From: Phallusia mammillata
Lineage: Eukaryota
DNA: 64,000 nucleotides
NCBI GenBank assembly: GCA_965637545.1
Contig: OZ281495.1
Span: 22,940,001-23,004,000 of the forward strand
Direction of reading: 5' to 3'
Below the pieces are notes generated by a model that was not told where the DNA came from, searched no databases, and saw only the letters and a list, made by a program, of their open reading frames with translations. Both the position numbers and the translations under genes were made by a program. Shown here one piece after another: positions 12,701 to 24,800 of this stretch (the stretch's first letter is position 1; each line of letters starts with the position of its first letter).

Positions 12701-15700
12701 CATTAAGTTCAAGGTTTAAGGCCGGAAAACAGCTTGGAATTCTAAGCAAAACGAAAGTGAAGTATTGCTGATGTCGCTCATTAAACGCTCGTCTCCTGCT
12801 AACGACATGCGCGTCGACAACACAATGCCCGTGCGAATCGGAAATCTGTCAGGAATTTGACAGACGCTGCGTGACGATTCTCGTAGGGATTGACTTACTG
12901 CGTTCGGCGTATATGCCATAACCACCGGGGACTTTTATTTCCGAGCTTATCCCCTGTCAAATATACTTTGTCGCCCAAAAGATTATGTTCACTTTTGACA
13001 CGTTGAATTGCCCAGGGTTAATCCGCCTGTGATGTTTTAGATTTATCCTGATCCGGATTTAGAAAGTGACATTATGTCGTTGACTACACACTGCAACAAC
13101 TACCCGTCCGGATGTAAATGGACCGGAAAACTTCACCATCTTAAGGTAAGATTACACTCCACCCTAAAATCTTTTTATACCTTCGACAAACCGGTGCTCT
13201 TGGTGGTCCTAAATTTTATAAGTTTCCTTTACAATTGCTTTATTTTAGGCTCACCAAGACAAGTGCAGCCACAGCGAGCGAGACTGCCCGAACCGATGTG
13301 GCGCTCGTGTGCGAACGATGAAGCTCGCCGATCATTTGGAATTCGAATGCCTTAAAAGACGAGTGACTTGCAATTTTTGCGCAAAAGACTTCAACGGAGA
13401 ACAGGTATTCCTTTTGTTCATTCACATCCATCAGCGCTTTCTTTGTTTGTTTGCGCTTCGTAGGAATCAAATAAGATGTCGGTTTGTGTATTTTCTCAAA
13501 GTCATTGAGTAGCAAGCGATTGGTTATTGGCGTCCTTTAAAATCAATTAACCACAGAAAAAGAGCTTAGTTGTAACAAAGGATGTTTGTATGGCGCATAT
13601 TTAACTAAATAAACCGAAGATAACCATAATGAAATTGTTTTAAATGCTTTGTTGTATAGGACTAATCTTGGTCTTTTGTTTATAGATGGAAGAACACGAG
13701 GGTTCATGTCCAATGGAAAGCATACACTGCGAGAACAAATGTGGCGCAAAAATGCTTCGCAAATACCTCACACGTCACACGACTGGCGACTGCCCCAAGC
13801 GAGCAACGAAGTGCACTTACTGTGCCAAAGACTTTAATTACGACATACTGCAGGTATAATTCCTTAGTTATTATCTCGGGTATTTAAGGGCAGCAACAGA
13901 ATCTAAGCTTGGTAAAGCGTTCAGTTTAGGTATATTTATAGAACAATTAATTTTTTTGACACATTGCCAATTTATGCTTCATCTATTTGTACGTTTCCTT
14001 TCAATAACGTTATGTGTGCACTAAACTTAACAACAAACATTTATTTTGATCGAAACAGACACATCTTGGAAATTGTCCTCGCTACCCGATCGGCTGTCCA
14101 AACCGATGCGACGTTATGAAGATACCCAGAGAGGAGTTAGAGCTACATTTAAAGGAGCAATGCAAGTCCGCTCTAACAACTTGCCCATTCAAAGAAGCCG
14201 GCTGCAAACACAAGGTATGTGCACTTACGCACTTTCCATTTGTGTATGTCTATTGTTTTGTGTATCTGGAGGTTGGAAGTTGATATCTTTTTGCGGCGTT
14301 TGCAAAACAATAAGGTTAAATGCCTGCTACGGCTAGTTGTGATTTGGAGAAACCAGAAGCGCCGCTTAGTCGCACCACAACCACTTTGTTCGCCGTTTTG
14401 TTAGTCCATTTATACATTGCGTGGAGCACAAGTCCAAAGTTGTTTCCTGCAAAATATTTCCGGTACTGAATGGTACCTGGTTTTTGTCTGAAACGCATTT
14501 GCGGGCAATATGTTTCAGTTTGGGCGTACAGCAGACAACCCCACAAAATCAACTTTGATTTTTTATCTTTTGAGGATAACACTAAAACAACGTTTAACAA
14601 TTACATCTGTCAACAACTAGACGCTTTGCTTCTACGCCAAATTGTACAATGTTGAAAGACCATTATTTACCCCAACAAGTGAACGGAAACGTCGCACCGC
14701 AATCTTGAAAACGTTGTTGTATCAACACACGCATCACTAAGTAGGCGGCAAAAAGCGGAAACCCGACGTATTTTCAGCAAACATGATTCCTGGGCTTTGG
14801 GTCGCGATGCTTTGAACTATAAACTCACATTTCCTCAATACACAATTTCGACACACGCACCTTGGCCAATTAAAATGTTCGTCCATACACAAGATTGGTC
14901 AAAACGACTCGAGAAGTAATCGTGGTTTACAAATGGGCTAAGTCAGTGCACCCAAGCATAAATAGTGATGATAGTTTTTACCCTGTAGTTATACGACGTG
15001 TGCAGTCGGAGGTCTATTGTTGGCTTTGAAAATTAGAATGATTCACGCACTTAAACGCCTTTAGTAAATCCTTTCTCGCTTTTGTCACAACAAAGCGGTA
15101 TAAAATGGCTTTTGTTAACCCCGTATGTGTTTAAGTGAGAAACAATAAAACTTACTGCCCTTTTGTATTCGCTTTTTATTTTAACATGAGCAAGCATGTT
15201 AGCAGTTCTCGCTTTCTAACTTTTATTCTGTATTCTAGTGTCCTCGATACCACCTCGATCGCCATCTAGCGGAAGCAAACACCACCCACATTCGAAGTAT
15301 GTTCGAGCTTGTGAAATCACAGCGACTACAGATTGCCGAGCTTCAGCGCCAAGTCGGCGAAATGAGCGTCAACAACAAGGGCACATTACTATGGAAAATC
15401 GCCGACTACTCGAAAAAGTTACAAGCGGCACAAAACGACCAGTTGATCGAAATCAAAAGTCCACCTTTTTACACTCATCGATACGGTTACAAGCTTCAGT
15501 TGTCTGCCTTCCTTAATGGTAATGGAAGCGGAATTAACTCCCACCTGTCGTTATACATTCGAGTTCTGCCTGGTGATTACGATTCCTTGCTTGAGTGGCC
15601 GTTTTCGCACGATATCACGTTCAATATCCTTGACCAAGGAGATCCGCTCTCTTCCAAGCGAAGCCACATCAATGTGCGTTTCACACCTGACCCGACGTGG

Positions 15701-15865
15701 AAAAATTTTCAGCAACCAAATCCAGACTGTGACGACGATTCAACCCTTGGATTTGGCTATCCCAAGTTTGTTTCTCACAAAGAACTCAAGGACAACAACT
15801 ATTTAAAGGGAAATGCTCTTTTCATTAAAGCTACCGTCGACACATCGCGTATCATCATACCATAA
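3729..15865 (+). CDS. TRAF4: TNF receptor-associated factor 4 (RING, TRAF zinc fingers, MATH/TRAF-C domain), 468 aa
   Basis: join(3729..3871,10817..10868,13041..13145,13249..13404,13686..13853,14059..14214,15239..15865); all GT-AG and phase-consistent. N-terminus MPGYQTKFVDK...CPLCHLPMRDPVQITTCRHRYCDTCLQ; MATH domain with FYTHRYGYKL, FLNGNGSG, LLEWPF, PDPTWKNFQ, GFGYPKF. Confidence 0.96.
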
Positions 15866-16445
15866 TAGAACTTTTGTTTATCATAGCTTCAACTTTTCTC
15901 TTAGCGATGCCTTGTTACAAATCCATCATGATATAGTAATCATTTCTACCTATCATAAAAAATGTGCAGAACATGCTGGATGTGTTTTGCTGCAAATGGA
16001 TAGGCTAGCCTATTTATGCTTTGCTTATGATCTTATTGTTGCTTTCCTATTTTGACATCACTTTGTTTATTTTTTATTTCTTTAATGCGTAATGAATGTT
16101 GTTTTGTGCTCCTGTGAAAGTTTTATTATGTCGTGTGACCATTTCAGTTCCGTTTATTTTTAGCATATGTCATGGAGTTGAACATTCGAAAAAACACTGC
16201 ATGGAATTTCTGTTTTAATGTTTTATACATGGTTAGTGGTGGAACTTTGTTTTCTCCATGAACAATGTCAACCTTTTTGACAGTTCTTTTGTTTTGTTTA
16301 AGTTTGTTTGTATATTAGTCGAATCGCCAATTGACCCGACTGAAATAAATCAAGCAAAAAAACTTTTTGTGTTTCCATAATTGAAGTTTATGAAAAGGTT
16401 TCCTCATAGATGACATTTGTAGGATGCTAGTTTTAGTGGACTGAT

Positions 16446-16533
16446 AAACTGTTTCTGCAACCGAGGTGTCAAAAAGCAGTATATTGCGGAAATAGCCCAG
16501 TACTTTTTGACACTTTGGTTGCAGAAACAGTTT
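16446..16533 (+). repeat. 31-bp inverted repeat / long hairpin with 26-nt loop
   Basis: 16446-16476 (aaactgtttctgcaaccgaggtgtcaaaaag) pairs with 16503-16533 (ctttttgacactttggttgcagaaacagttt); the only two DNA mismatches are G:U pairs on the + strand. Confidence 0.9.
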
Positions 16534-16943
16534 ACAAAGTTAACCGTGTGTCATTTATAAATAATAATCAGAGAAAAAAGAGAGCGATTAGGCTTTACCC
16601 AAATTCTACTAGGTTCTTGTGAGTCACCCTTTAACTTATTTCGAGTAAAAATTGCAAACGATAAAGTCGTAAAACGGTAGGTAGGATAATAAATTTGGTC
16701 TTTATTTAATCGGCTTGTATCATTTTCCCAATGATTTTAAAACTTTTAAAATCATTGATTTTCCAACATAAAGAAAATATTTCCGTTGAATTAAATTGAC
16801 ACCCTTGACCGACTTTCGCACGCGACGTGTGAATTTATTTCGAAGTTGTCAACAACAGACGTTTACAGCTAAACAGAATTGTAATGAATGTTTTTGTTTA
16901 CAATTTAACCTGTAAATAATATTCACAGTAAGTAGTTGTTTAA

Positions 16944-17198
16944 ATGGCGAGTAAATTACCAACTGGAGTTCCTAGTTTAAAGGCCTTCATGAAACGGAAA
17001 GAGGTCTTGCAGTTGTACAAGGACATTTTAAAATGCATCTACAGAATTGATACACCAACGGACAGAAAATTTTATTTGAAGTGGGCAAAAGATGAATTTC
17101 AAAAGTACAAACACGAGACAGATGTGGAAGTGATCAACTTTCATATTAACCGTGGAAAACAGCAACTCAAACAACTTCGTGCAGGCTTGGGTGGATGA
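16944..17198 (+). CDS. LYRM2: LYR motif-containing protein 2 (mitochondrial), intronless CDS
   Basis: 84-aa ORF: LKAFMKRKEVLQLYKDIL...DRKFYLKWAKDEFQKYK...GKQQLKQL matches LYRM2 (LKQFVRRQQVLLLYRRIL...DWAREEFRRNK). Confidence 0.9.
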   Translation: MASKLPTGVPSLKAFMKRKEVLQLYKDILKCIYRIDTPTDRKFYLKWAKDEFQKYKHETDVEVINFHINRGKQQLKQLRAGLGG

Positions 17199-17693
17199 AA
17201 GTAAAAACTCTGTTTTCACAGCTTTATTGGCAAAGTCTAGGCAACTTTAATTCTAATGGTCCACAACAATGAACAAGTATTCATTGATGGATTCAGCCCC
17301 GAAGACTTTATGCAGACCAGCGGGCGTGGGACACTTAATTAAAAATCACAGTATGCCAGGCCTTCACCTTGCATGAAGCTGCTAACTCAACCATATTTTG
17401 GCTGCTTTGGCGACTGGCTTGCCCATGATGATCTAATATACCTTTTGTACCTTAATCAAATTCTAAATGGTCAGTGGAAACTGTAGTAAAAAATGTTTTT
17501 ATAGAAGATTGATGCCTAATTCTGTTTGTAGTATGTATTGTCATTTCAATGTCCTTGAAAATTTAATGAAATGATGTGAATGAAATTGATGAGCATGAAT
17601 GAAAAGAGTTTTACTAAATAGTACATGTAAATGTTTAAAATACATATTTTTGGCAGAAAAATATTTTCCAGTAGGCCAGTGTAAGAAAAAAAA

Positions 17694-18479
17694 ATGTTTG
17701 AACAGTTTGTTTGGTTGTTGGTATGTCTTGTAAATGTGGATGCCTTAAACTGGGACTCATGTACAAAGAGTTCCTGTTCGGAAGGAGTGAAGTCAATTAC
17801 CACTTCTATATGCAATGTTGACCGGAGAGGTAAAATATCACAGACGGAATTTCTTGAAAAATATGCATTTACCAAACCAGTGATTTTGACTGGTGTGTCT
17901 GATAATGCGGAATTTCAGAAGCTTTGTGAGAATGAGAGATTACTTAAAGACCATGGAAACAAAGTAGTTACTCTGAGTACTGCTAATACACACTCTTATG
18001 AAAAATTTCAAATGACATTTGCTGACTACATGGAAAAGGTTTTTGCTCATCAAGAGTACAACAAAACCGGTCCGGATACCTTGTACTGGTTCGGTAACCA
18101 TGACTACGCTGAATGGGATAGCTTGTTTAAACATTATAAGACACCACCTTATGAACTTCCTGGAAAAACCATTGCACTAAGTTTTGGTGTTGCAGGGCCG
18201 GGTACAGGTGTACCATTTCACTTTCATGGTCCAGGATTTTCAGAAGTGATTCATGGAAGCAAGAGGTGGTTTTTGCTTCCATTTGAGCAAAAACCAGATT
18301 TTGACCCCAACAAGACCACACTACGTTGGTTGTTGGAAGACTATGTTCACTTAGATGAAAGTGAAAAACCATTTGAATGTGTCATAAAACCAGGCGAAGT
18401 TTTGTATTTTCCAGATAAATGGTGGCATGCCACTTTAAATATAGAAGAGTCTGTATTTATATCATCCTTTTTAGGTTAA
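17694..18479 (+). CDS. JMJD8: JmjC domain-containing protein 8, secretory-pathway JmjC protein, intronless CDS
   Basis: 261-aa ORF with N-terminal signal peptide and JmjC motifs LSTANTHSY, LSFGVAGPGTGVPFHFHGPGFSEVIHGSKRWFL, PGEVLYFPDKWWHATLN. Confidence 0.93.
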   Translation: MFEQFVWLLVCLVNVDALNWDSCTKSSCSEGVKSITTSICNVDRRGKISQTEFLEKYAFTKPVILTGVSDNAEFQKLCENERLLKDHGNKVVTLSTANTHSYEKFQMTFADYMEKVFAHQEYNKTGPDTLYWFGNHDYAEWDSLFKHYKTPPYELPGKTIALSFGVAGPGTGVPFHFHGPGFSEVIHGSKRWFLLPFEQKPDFDPNKTTLRWLLEDYVHLDESEKPFECVIKPGEVLYFPDKWWHATLNIEESVFISSFLG

Positions 18480-18684
18480 CTGTTACTGGTCACTTATACA
18501 GTTTATTTCATACATATTTATTTTGAAAAGAGATTTTAATATTGAATGCTTTGTTTAGTGCAGTACTCAACAAGTGAAATTATGTTTATTTTTTAAAGGC
18601 TGAAATAAGTTTAAATGTTTTTAATATTGAATTTCAATGGATGGAGCATTATTGTGTTTTTTTAAAGATTGAGCATTGTAATTT

Positions 18685-18704
18685 AATAAATACATTCCTT
18701 TTAG
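18685..18704 (+). promoter_or_regulatory. JMJD8 polyadenylation signal abutting a putative trans-splice acceptor for TOP3B
   Basis: AATAAA at 18685-18690 followed by tacattccttttAG (AG at 18703-18704); TOP3B ATG at 18873. Confidence 0.45.
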
Positions 18705-18872
18705 CCTAAAAAATCTACCATTTGCTGATGGTGTTTGTAACTTTCTCATGGTTGGTTTGGTGAACAAAAATGAATCAATAATTTTGTGTAATAGAAAACT
18801 ACTTTCAATTTAGATTTGTACATAAGATTACATAACTGAACAATGAAAATGATAAATTAACAAAACAAGAAA

Positions 18873-21800
18873 ATGAGATCGGTTTTGATGGTAGCTGAGA
18901 AGCCATCTTTGGCACTGTCCATTGCTAAAATCTTGTCACGCGGGGCCCTCAATTCCAGAAAAGGTCTAAGCAATGCTTGTTCTGTCCATGAATATTCAGG
19001 TACTAAATCTATTTCAGTACAACTCACTTACGCTTTGGATTGAAATTATGCAAATAATATTTGGCATTTTATTTTTAACACATAAATTATATTTTATCAT
19101 GAACTATACATTTTTTAAATGGTTGTTTTTAGGAAAATTCCAAGGAGACATGGTGTTGTTTAAAGTCACATCAGTTTGTGGCCATGTCATGGCATTGGAC
19201 TTTGAGGGCAAGTACAACAATTGGGAGAAGGTAGATCCATCGGAACTCTTTCTTGCTCCCACATACAAAAAGGAATCTAACCCAAAACTCAACATCATTA
19301 AGTAGGAGCAGTTACAAACATTTACTTGTAAAAATGATTAGTTAATGCATTGAGTTTGCTTCCCAGATTTCTTGAGAAAGAAGCACGGAATGTTGATAGT
19401 GTTGTTCTCTGGCTTGATTGTGATAAGGAAGGGGAAAATATTTGCTTTGAGGTTTTGGACATAGTTCTTCCTATAATGAAATCAGTAAGTTGGACAAAAT
19501 ACTGCTGTTATGTAGTAATTTTACACAACACAATAATCAATGATCCACATTAAATGAAACTGCATAAACATATTTAATGCAATTATTATATACTTGTTTT
19601 ATGAAAACAGAGTGGAGCAAGCAACAAACAAAATGTATTTAGAGCCCACTTCAGTGCAATTACAGACAAAGATATACATGCTGCAATGAATTCCCTAGGT
19701 TCACCAAATGAAAATGAAGCACTCTCAGTGGATGCAAGACAAGAACTTGATTTAAGAGTGGGATGTGCTTTCACACGATTTCAGACCAAATATTTTCAGG
19801 TAGGAGTTTAATAGAAGCTAAGGTAGTTGAGATTTAAGCTTCTGTATATTGCTACTCTGATCTTTGCAAAATTTATAAAGGGCAAGTATGGAAACCTTGA
19901 TAGTTCTCTCATTTCTTATGGACCTTGTCAAACACCTACTTTGGGGTTCTGTGTTGAAAGACATGATAAAATACAATCTTTCAAACCCGAAACTTTCTGG
20001 CAAATTGATGTGGATGCCAAATGCCCAGATGATGGACCATCAATCAGACTAGATTGGGCTAGGTAGGTCATGTACAATTTCTCTATCATTCTACAAATCT
20101 AATAGTTGTTTTACCCAAAAGAAGCAGAACAGAAATAAAATTTCCAACTCAACCTTATGTACATAAAGAAATATTACATAAATTTGTTAAAAGTTCAGAA
20201 AAACTTTTTGCTCATAGCTATGTATATTTTTGTTGTACTTCACTTTTTTGTCGCGCAAAGTAAAGATTGCCGAGTGGTTAACACAAGTGCCTTTGGTTGA
20301 CAAGGTTGGAGGTATAATCCTATCTCAGTCACTTTTGTTCCTTATTGTTTAACTAAATTGTCACCAAAGTCGAAAAATGAAAAATAAAATAACTGGCAAT
20401 AAAACAGGCAATGGCGGACTCATTGTGAGCATAATGCATTCAGGCATTGCCCCTTCACTGAGCATAAAAATAAAACAAACACACATTTATTTTTCTTCAA
20501 AGGGTACGAGTTTTTGACCAACATGTTGCAAACATGTATTTGAGTTTTGTAAAAGACAAAACAAAGGCTGTTGTACAAGCTGTCAAATCTAGTGAGAAGA
20601 AGAAGGCAAGGCCAAATGCATTAAATACAGTTGAATTACTAAGAACTGCCAGCTCAGCACTTGGGATTGGACCACAGCAAACCATGCAGGTGCATTCAGT
20701 TCGAAACAAACTTAGCATTTTTTCTGTACAAAACTCACATGAAATAAAATATTATTTGCAAATTTTACAGATTGCTGAACAACTATATACCCAGGGTTAC
20801 ATCAGTTACCCTAGAACAGAAACAACCCATTATCCAGAAAATTTTGACTTCCGCGCACCTCTTAATCAACAAACAGGCAGTTCATCATGGGGCCAGTATG
20901 CAAAGATGCTGTTGCAAAATGGACCTAATAAGCCTAAAAAGGGCCATGATGCTGGTGACCATCCCCCTATTACTCCCATGAGAAGTGCATCTGAAAATGA
21001 ACTTGGTGGGGAAGATTTTACACATTAACTTAGTCAGGTTCTAAAAGAGGCTTTATTCATTGACTATAAACAGTGTTTGTTTTTATACCCGAACACAATT
21101 ACATGTTTCTTTAAAATAACACAATTATATTTAATTGCCTATTGGTTCTGTGAGTTCTGAGGAAATGTTGACATGTCATGTTAACTGAAAAGTGTGTGAT
21201 ATTTGCAGGTCATGACCACTGGAGATTGTATGACTATATTGTGAGGCATTTCTTGGCAACTCTAAGTGATGACTGCACATATCTTCACACTGAAATTGTT
21301 TTCAAAATTGGTGACGAGACATTTACATGCACAGGCAATGCTCCACTTAAACCAGGATTTACAGAGGTAACTTACACAGCTCAGACATCTTTAAAAAAAT
21401 GTTTAAGTAGACATTCTATTGATCGAAGTTCTAAATCAGGGGTGGGGAACCTTTTTGTTTATATAGGCCACCTAACGGTTTATCCACACTCGTTTAGGCC
21501 GCTTAGACAATTTCCGAGGCCAAGGATAGTTCAAAATTTTTGACTTACATAATGGTCGTTTTGCTGTTCCCTCGTAGAGTTGTAGAACTTACGGTTCAAG
21601 CTGAATAAAATTCATTACTACAACATTCAGGATTTATTTCACCTAGAAACTCGCTTGTTTACAAATATCAATGATCTAAGAACAGCTTGTGACATCACAG
21701 ACGAGTTTAAGACATTCGATTATGAGCAAACAATTGTTCTTTTTCAACACAAATAAGATTGGAGAACCTTAGGCTTTTAGTACTTCTGTTGAAATCACTT

Positions 21801-24800
21801 TGTGTACCACCACAGGGCCATTTGGCTCTAGTTTAAAAACCACTGCCCTAGAACTAATCAAATAATAATGTGGAATAAAGATCAAAAAATACGTTTCTGA
21901 CTACTTTTCAGCGCCTGGTGCAGTCTGTAATATCAACATTCTAAAATGTATTTTGACATCAAAGGGCGCACTTAGTGTCCTTTAACCCGCAGGTTCCCCA
22001 CCCCTGTTCTAAATGGTTTTAATGTTACATGTCATTTCTTTTACCAAATACTTGCTTCTGTAACTTAACTGACCTTCAAAGTTTCTTGTTCTACTGTGTC
22101 TCATCTTAACTACAATGTATTTTTGTGATTTCTTAAGGTTATGCAATGGCAGTCTATCACTGATCATCAGACTGTACCAAAACTGAACAAGGGTGATGAA
22201 TGCCCTATTGAGAAGGTCTATCTCACTGAAAAGAAGACAGGGCCCCCAGACTACTTGACAGAAAGTGAATTGATATCACTGATGGAGAAACATGGTATCG
22301 GCACAGATGCAAGCATCCCGACACACATCAACAACATTGTGCAAAGAAATTATGTGACCGTTGTGCCTGGAAGAAAACTCCAGCCCACAAACTTGGGTAA
22401 ACCAATAATAAAGTAGTATTCGCTTTTGTTTCACTGTAAAATTTTAGGTATTGTGCTGGTTCATGGATACAAGAAAATTGATCCAGATTTAGCTCTGCCA
22501 ACCATGAGGTCTGCAGTTGAGAAGCAGCTTAGTCTCATATCCCAAGGTAAGCAATTCCTTCTTGTTCAACATTCCTTGTGTGTCTAAAGATCACTTTTGT
22601 ATTGTAGGTAAAGCACACCAGCGAGATGTGTTAAAGCATGCCACTACAATTTTTCAACAAAAGTTTCATTTCTTTGTGGATAAAGTTCTTTCCATGGACA
22701 AACTATTTGAAGTTTCCTTCACACCTTTGTCTGAAAGTGGAAAATCCATGTCAAGGTATATATAACTTCCTATAACACGGCTTCTCAAACTTTTTTGCTC
22801 TGCGACCCCATTTTGGAAAAGAAATTTCTATGTGACCCATTGTCTCTCCATGTCTCCTAATCTTCTAGTAGATGTAACAAATGTCTCCTAATAGATCATA
22901 GATATGCATAAAAACCAATCTGTAGGTAAAATAAATCCTGAATGCTGTAGTGGGAAATTTATTTAGGTTTAACATACATTCAGCTTTGACCGTGCTATTT
23001 GAAAAAATTACAAAAGACCATTATGTAAACAAAAATGTTTGGAAACTACTGTTTTAAACTTAGACACTGCGGCCTACACGAGTATCGACAAAACGTTGGG
23101 TGGCCTTTATGAATCAAAAGGTTCCCCACCCCTGGCATAGGTGATAACTAGGGCGATTATTTTTTGACCTAAAAAAAGAAAAATTTTGATCTACAAATTG
23201 AAAATTGTGACTTTAAAAAGCTTTTTTTTGACAAAATTTTGACCTATGAAGAATTCACGTAGCTAAAGTACGCATTATTGTACAAAAAGTTAAAATATGG
23301 CTGTAGGCTAATCTAACTAGAGATAAAGTATGTGTAAAAGTCTAACAGAAGGGCAAAAATCTGAACACAGACCTATCCTATTCTGAAAAGGGAAATGAGC
23401 TAACTAAAAAACACTGCCAAAAAAACTGCAGCTAAGACACAACGAAAATTGTTCAATACATTTTTTAAACGAAAGATACATGAAGTATCCAAAGCAGAAC
23501 GTAAGCAAGAGCTGCACGTAACCTACAGTTGCCGTAAAATGATTAGGGACCTACCAAAATTTTTCACGTTTTGAGGTGTGTTGAGCATCACGCCATGTCA
23601 ACCTAAATATTTCACTCACTTGATGGTTTATGATTCACAATAAGTAGATAATGGACCATTTACAACAGTGTAATGTAGGCTACAAGGTGTAAAATGAAAA
23701 GTTCACTGATAGTGCAACCTCTACAACACCACGACAATGCAGCTTGCACACAATTTTAACTTTGCAAAAAATTTTGACTTTGTAAACAATTTTGACAATT
23801 TTTGACCTATACTACAAATTTTGACAAATTTTTGACTTTTTTTGACAAGTCAAAAAATAATCGCCCTAATGACAACTTAACATACATTGTTTAAAAAATG
23901 ATGGTTCTTTGGGCTTTTTTGTACAGGTGCATATTTTAATTGCAATAGAAGGTGTGAAAATACCCAAAGCAAACGTCTTCTGTGTTTGAATTTTTGTAGG
24001 TGTGGAAAGTGTAGACGATTCATGAAATTTATTGCCACTGCCCCGCCACGCCTGCACTGCAGTACATGTGATGAAACATATGACCTGCCCGCTCGGACCA
24101 ACATCAAACTGTACAAAGAGCTCAAATGTCCACTTGATGAGTTTGAACTCCTTATGTGTTCAACTGGTAAAAAACAAATAGCGTTTACTCTACACACAGA
24201 TAACTCAAGATATACCACATTTTTAGGAACCCAAGGCAAAAACTATACTTTGTGCCCCTACTGCTACAACCATCCCCCGTTCAGGGATATGAAACGCGGA
24301 TCAGGGTGCAACGCTTGTACTCACCCAGGCTGTATACATTCGCGGTACACGTTAGGCGTAGCGTCGTGCATATCATGCGAAAACGGCATACTGGTGCTGG
24401 ACATGGCCTCTGCACCAAAGTGGAAAATGGCGTGCAATGACAACCGTTGTTCCACTGTTGTGCAGTTATTTGAGAATGCCCATCGGGTTTGTATTTGTTT
24501 AAGCCTGATACTTCTGGGTCGTAAAATGTTAAGCACACATTGTCTATGTCCCCTATCTCGCATATATGCCAGTATTGGTTCCTTTCTATGTTTTTTCGTT
24601 AACTGTACTCCTTACGTGGGTTGTTGTTGTCAGATAACTGTCACTGAAGAAGCCTGCGAAAAGTGTAGCGCCTACGAATTGTCGGTGGATTTCCATAAAG
24701 ACAAAACACCTCTAGAGACAAAGGAAACAAAGCACACGGGTGCGCATGGGTTTGTTGTTCGTGTTGAAATTGTGTATTCAAGCGAAAACCGTTCTACACC

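Noticed and set aside
595-13000. Many 60-140 aa ORFs on both strands upstream of and inside TRAF4 introns 1-2
   Set aside because: No recognisable domains or coherent splice chain; many start at non-ATG codons; expected by chance.
20263-20340. Possible tRNA gene
   Set aside because: B-box is degenerate, no convincing cloverleaf, and it continues into a SINE-like body and A-rich tail.
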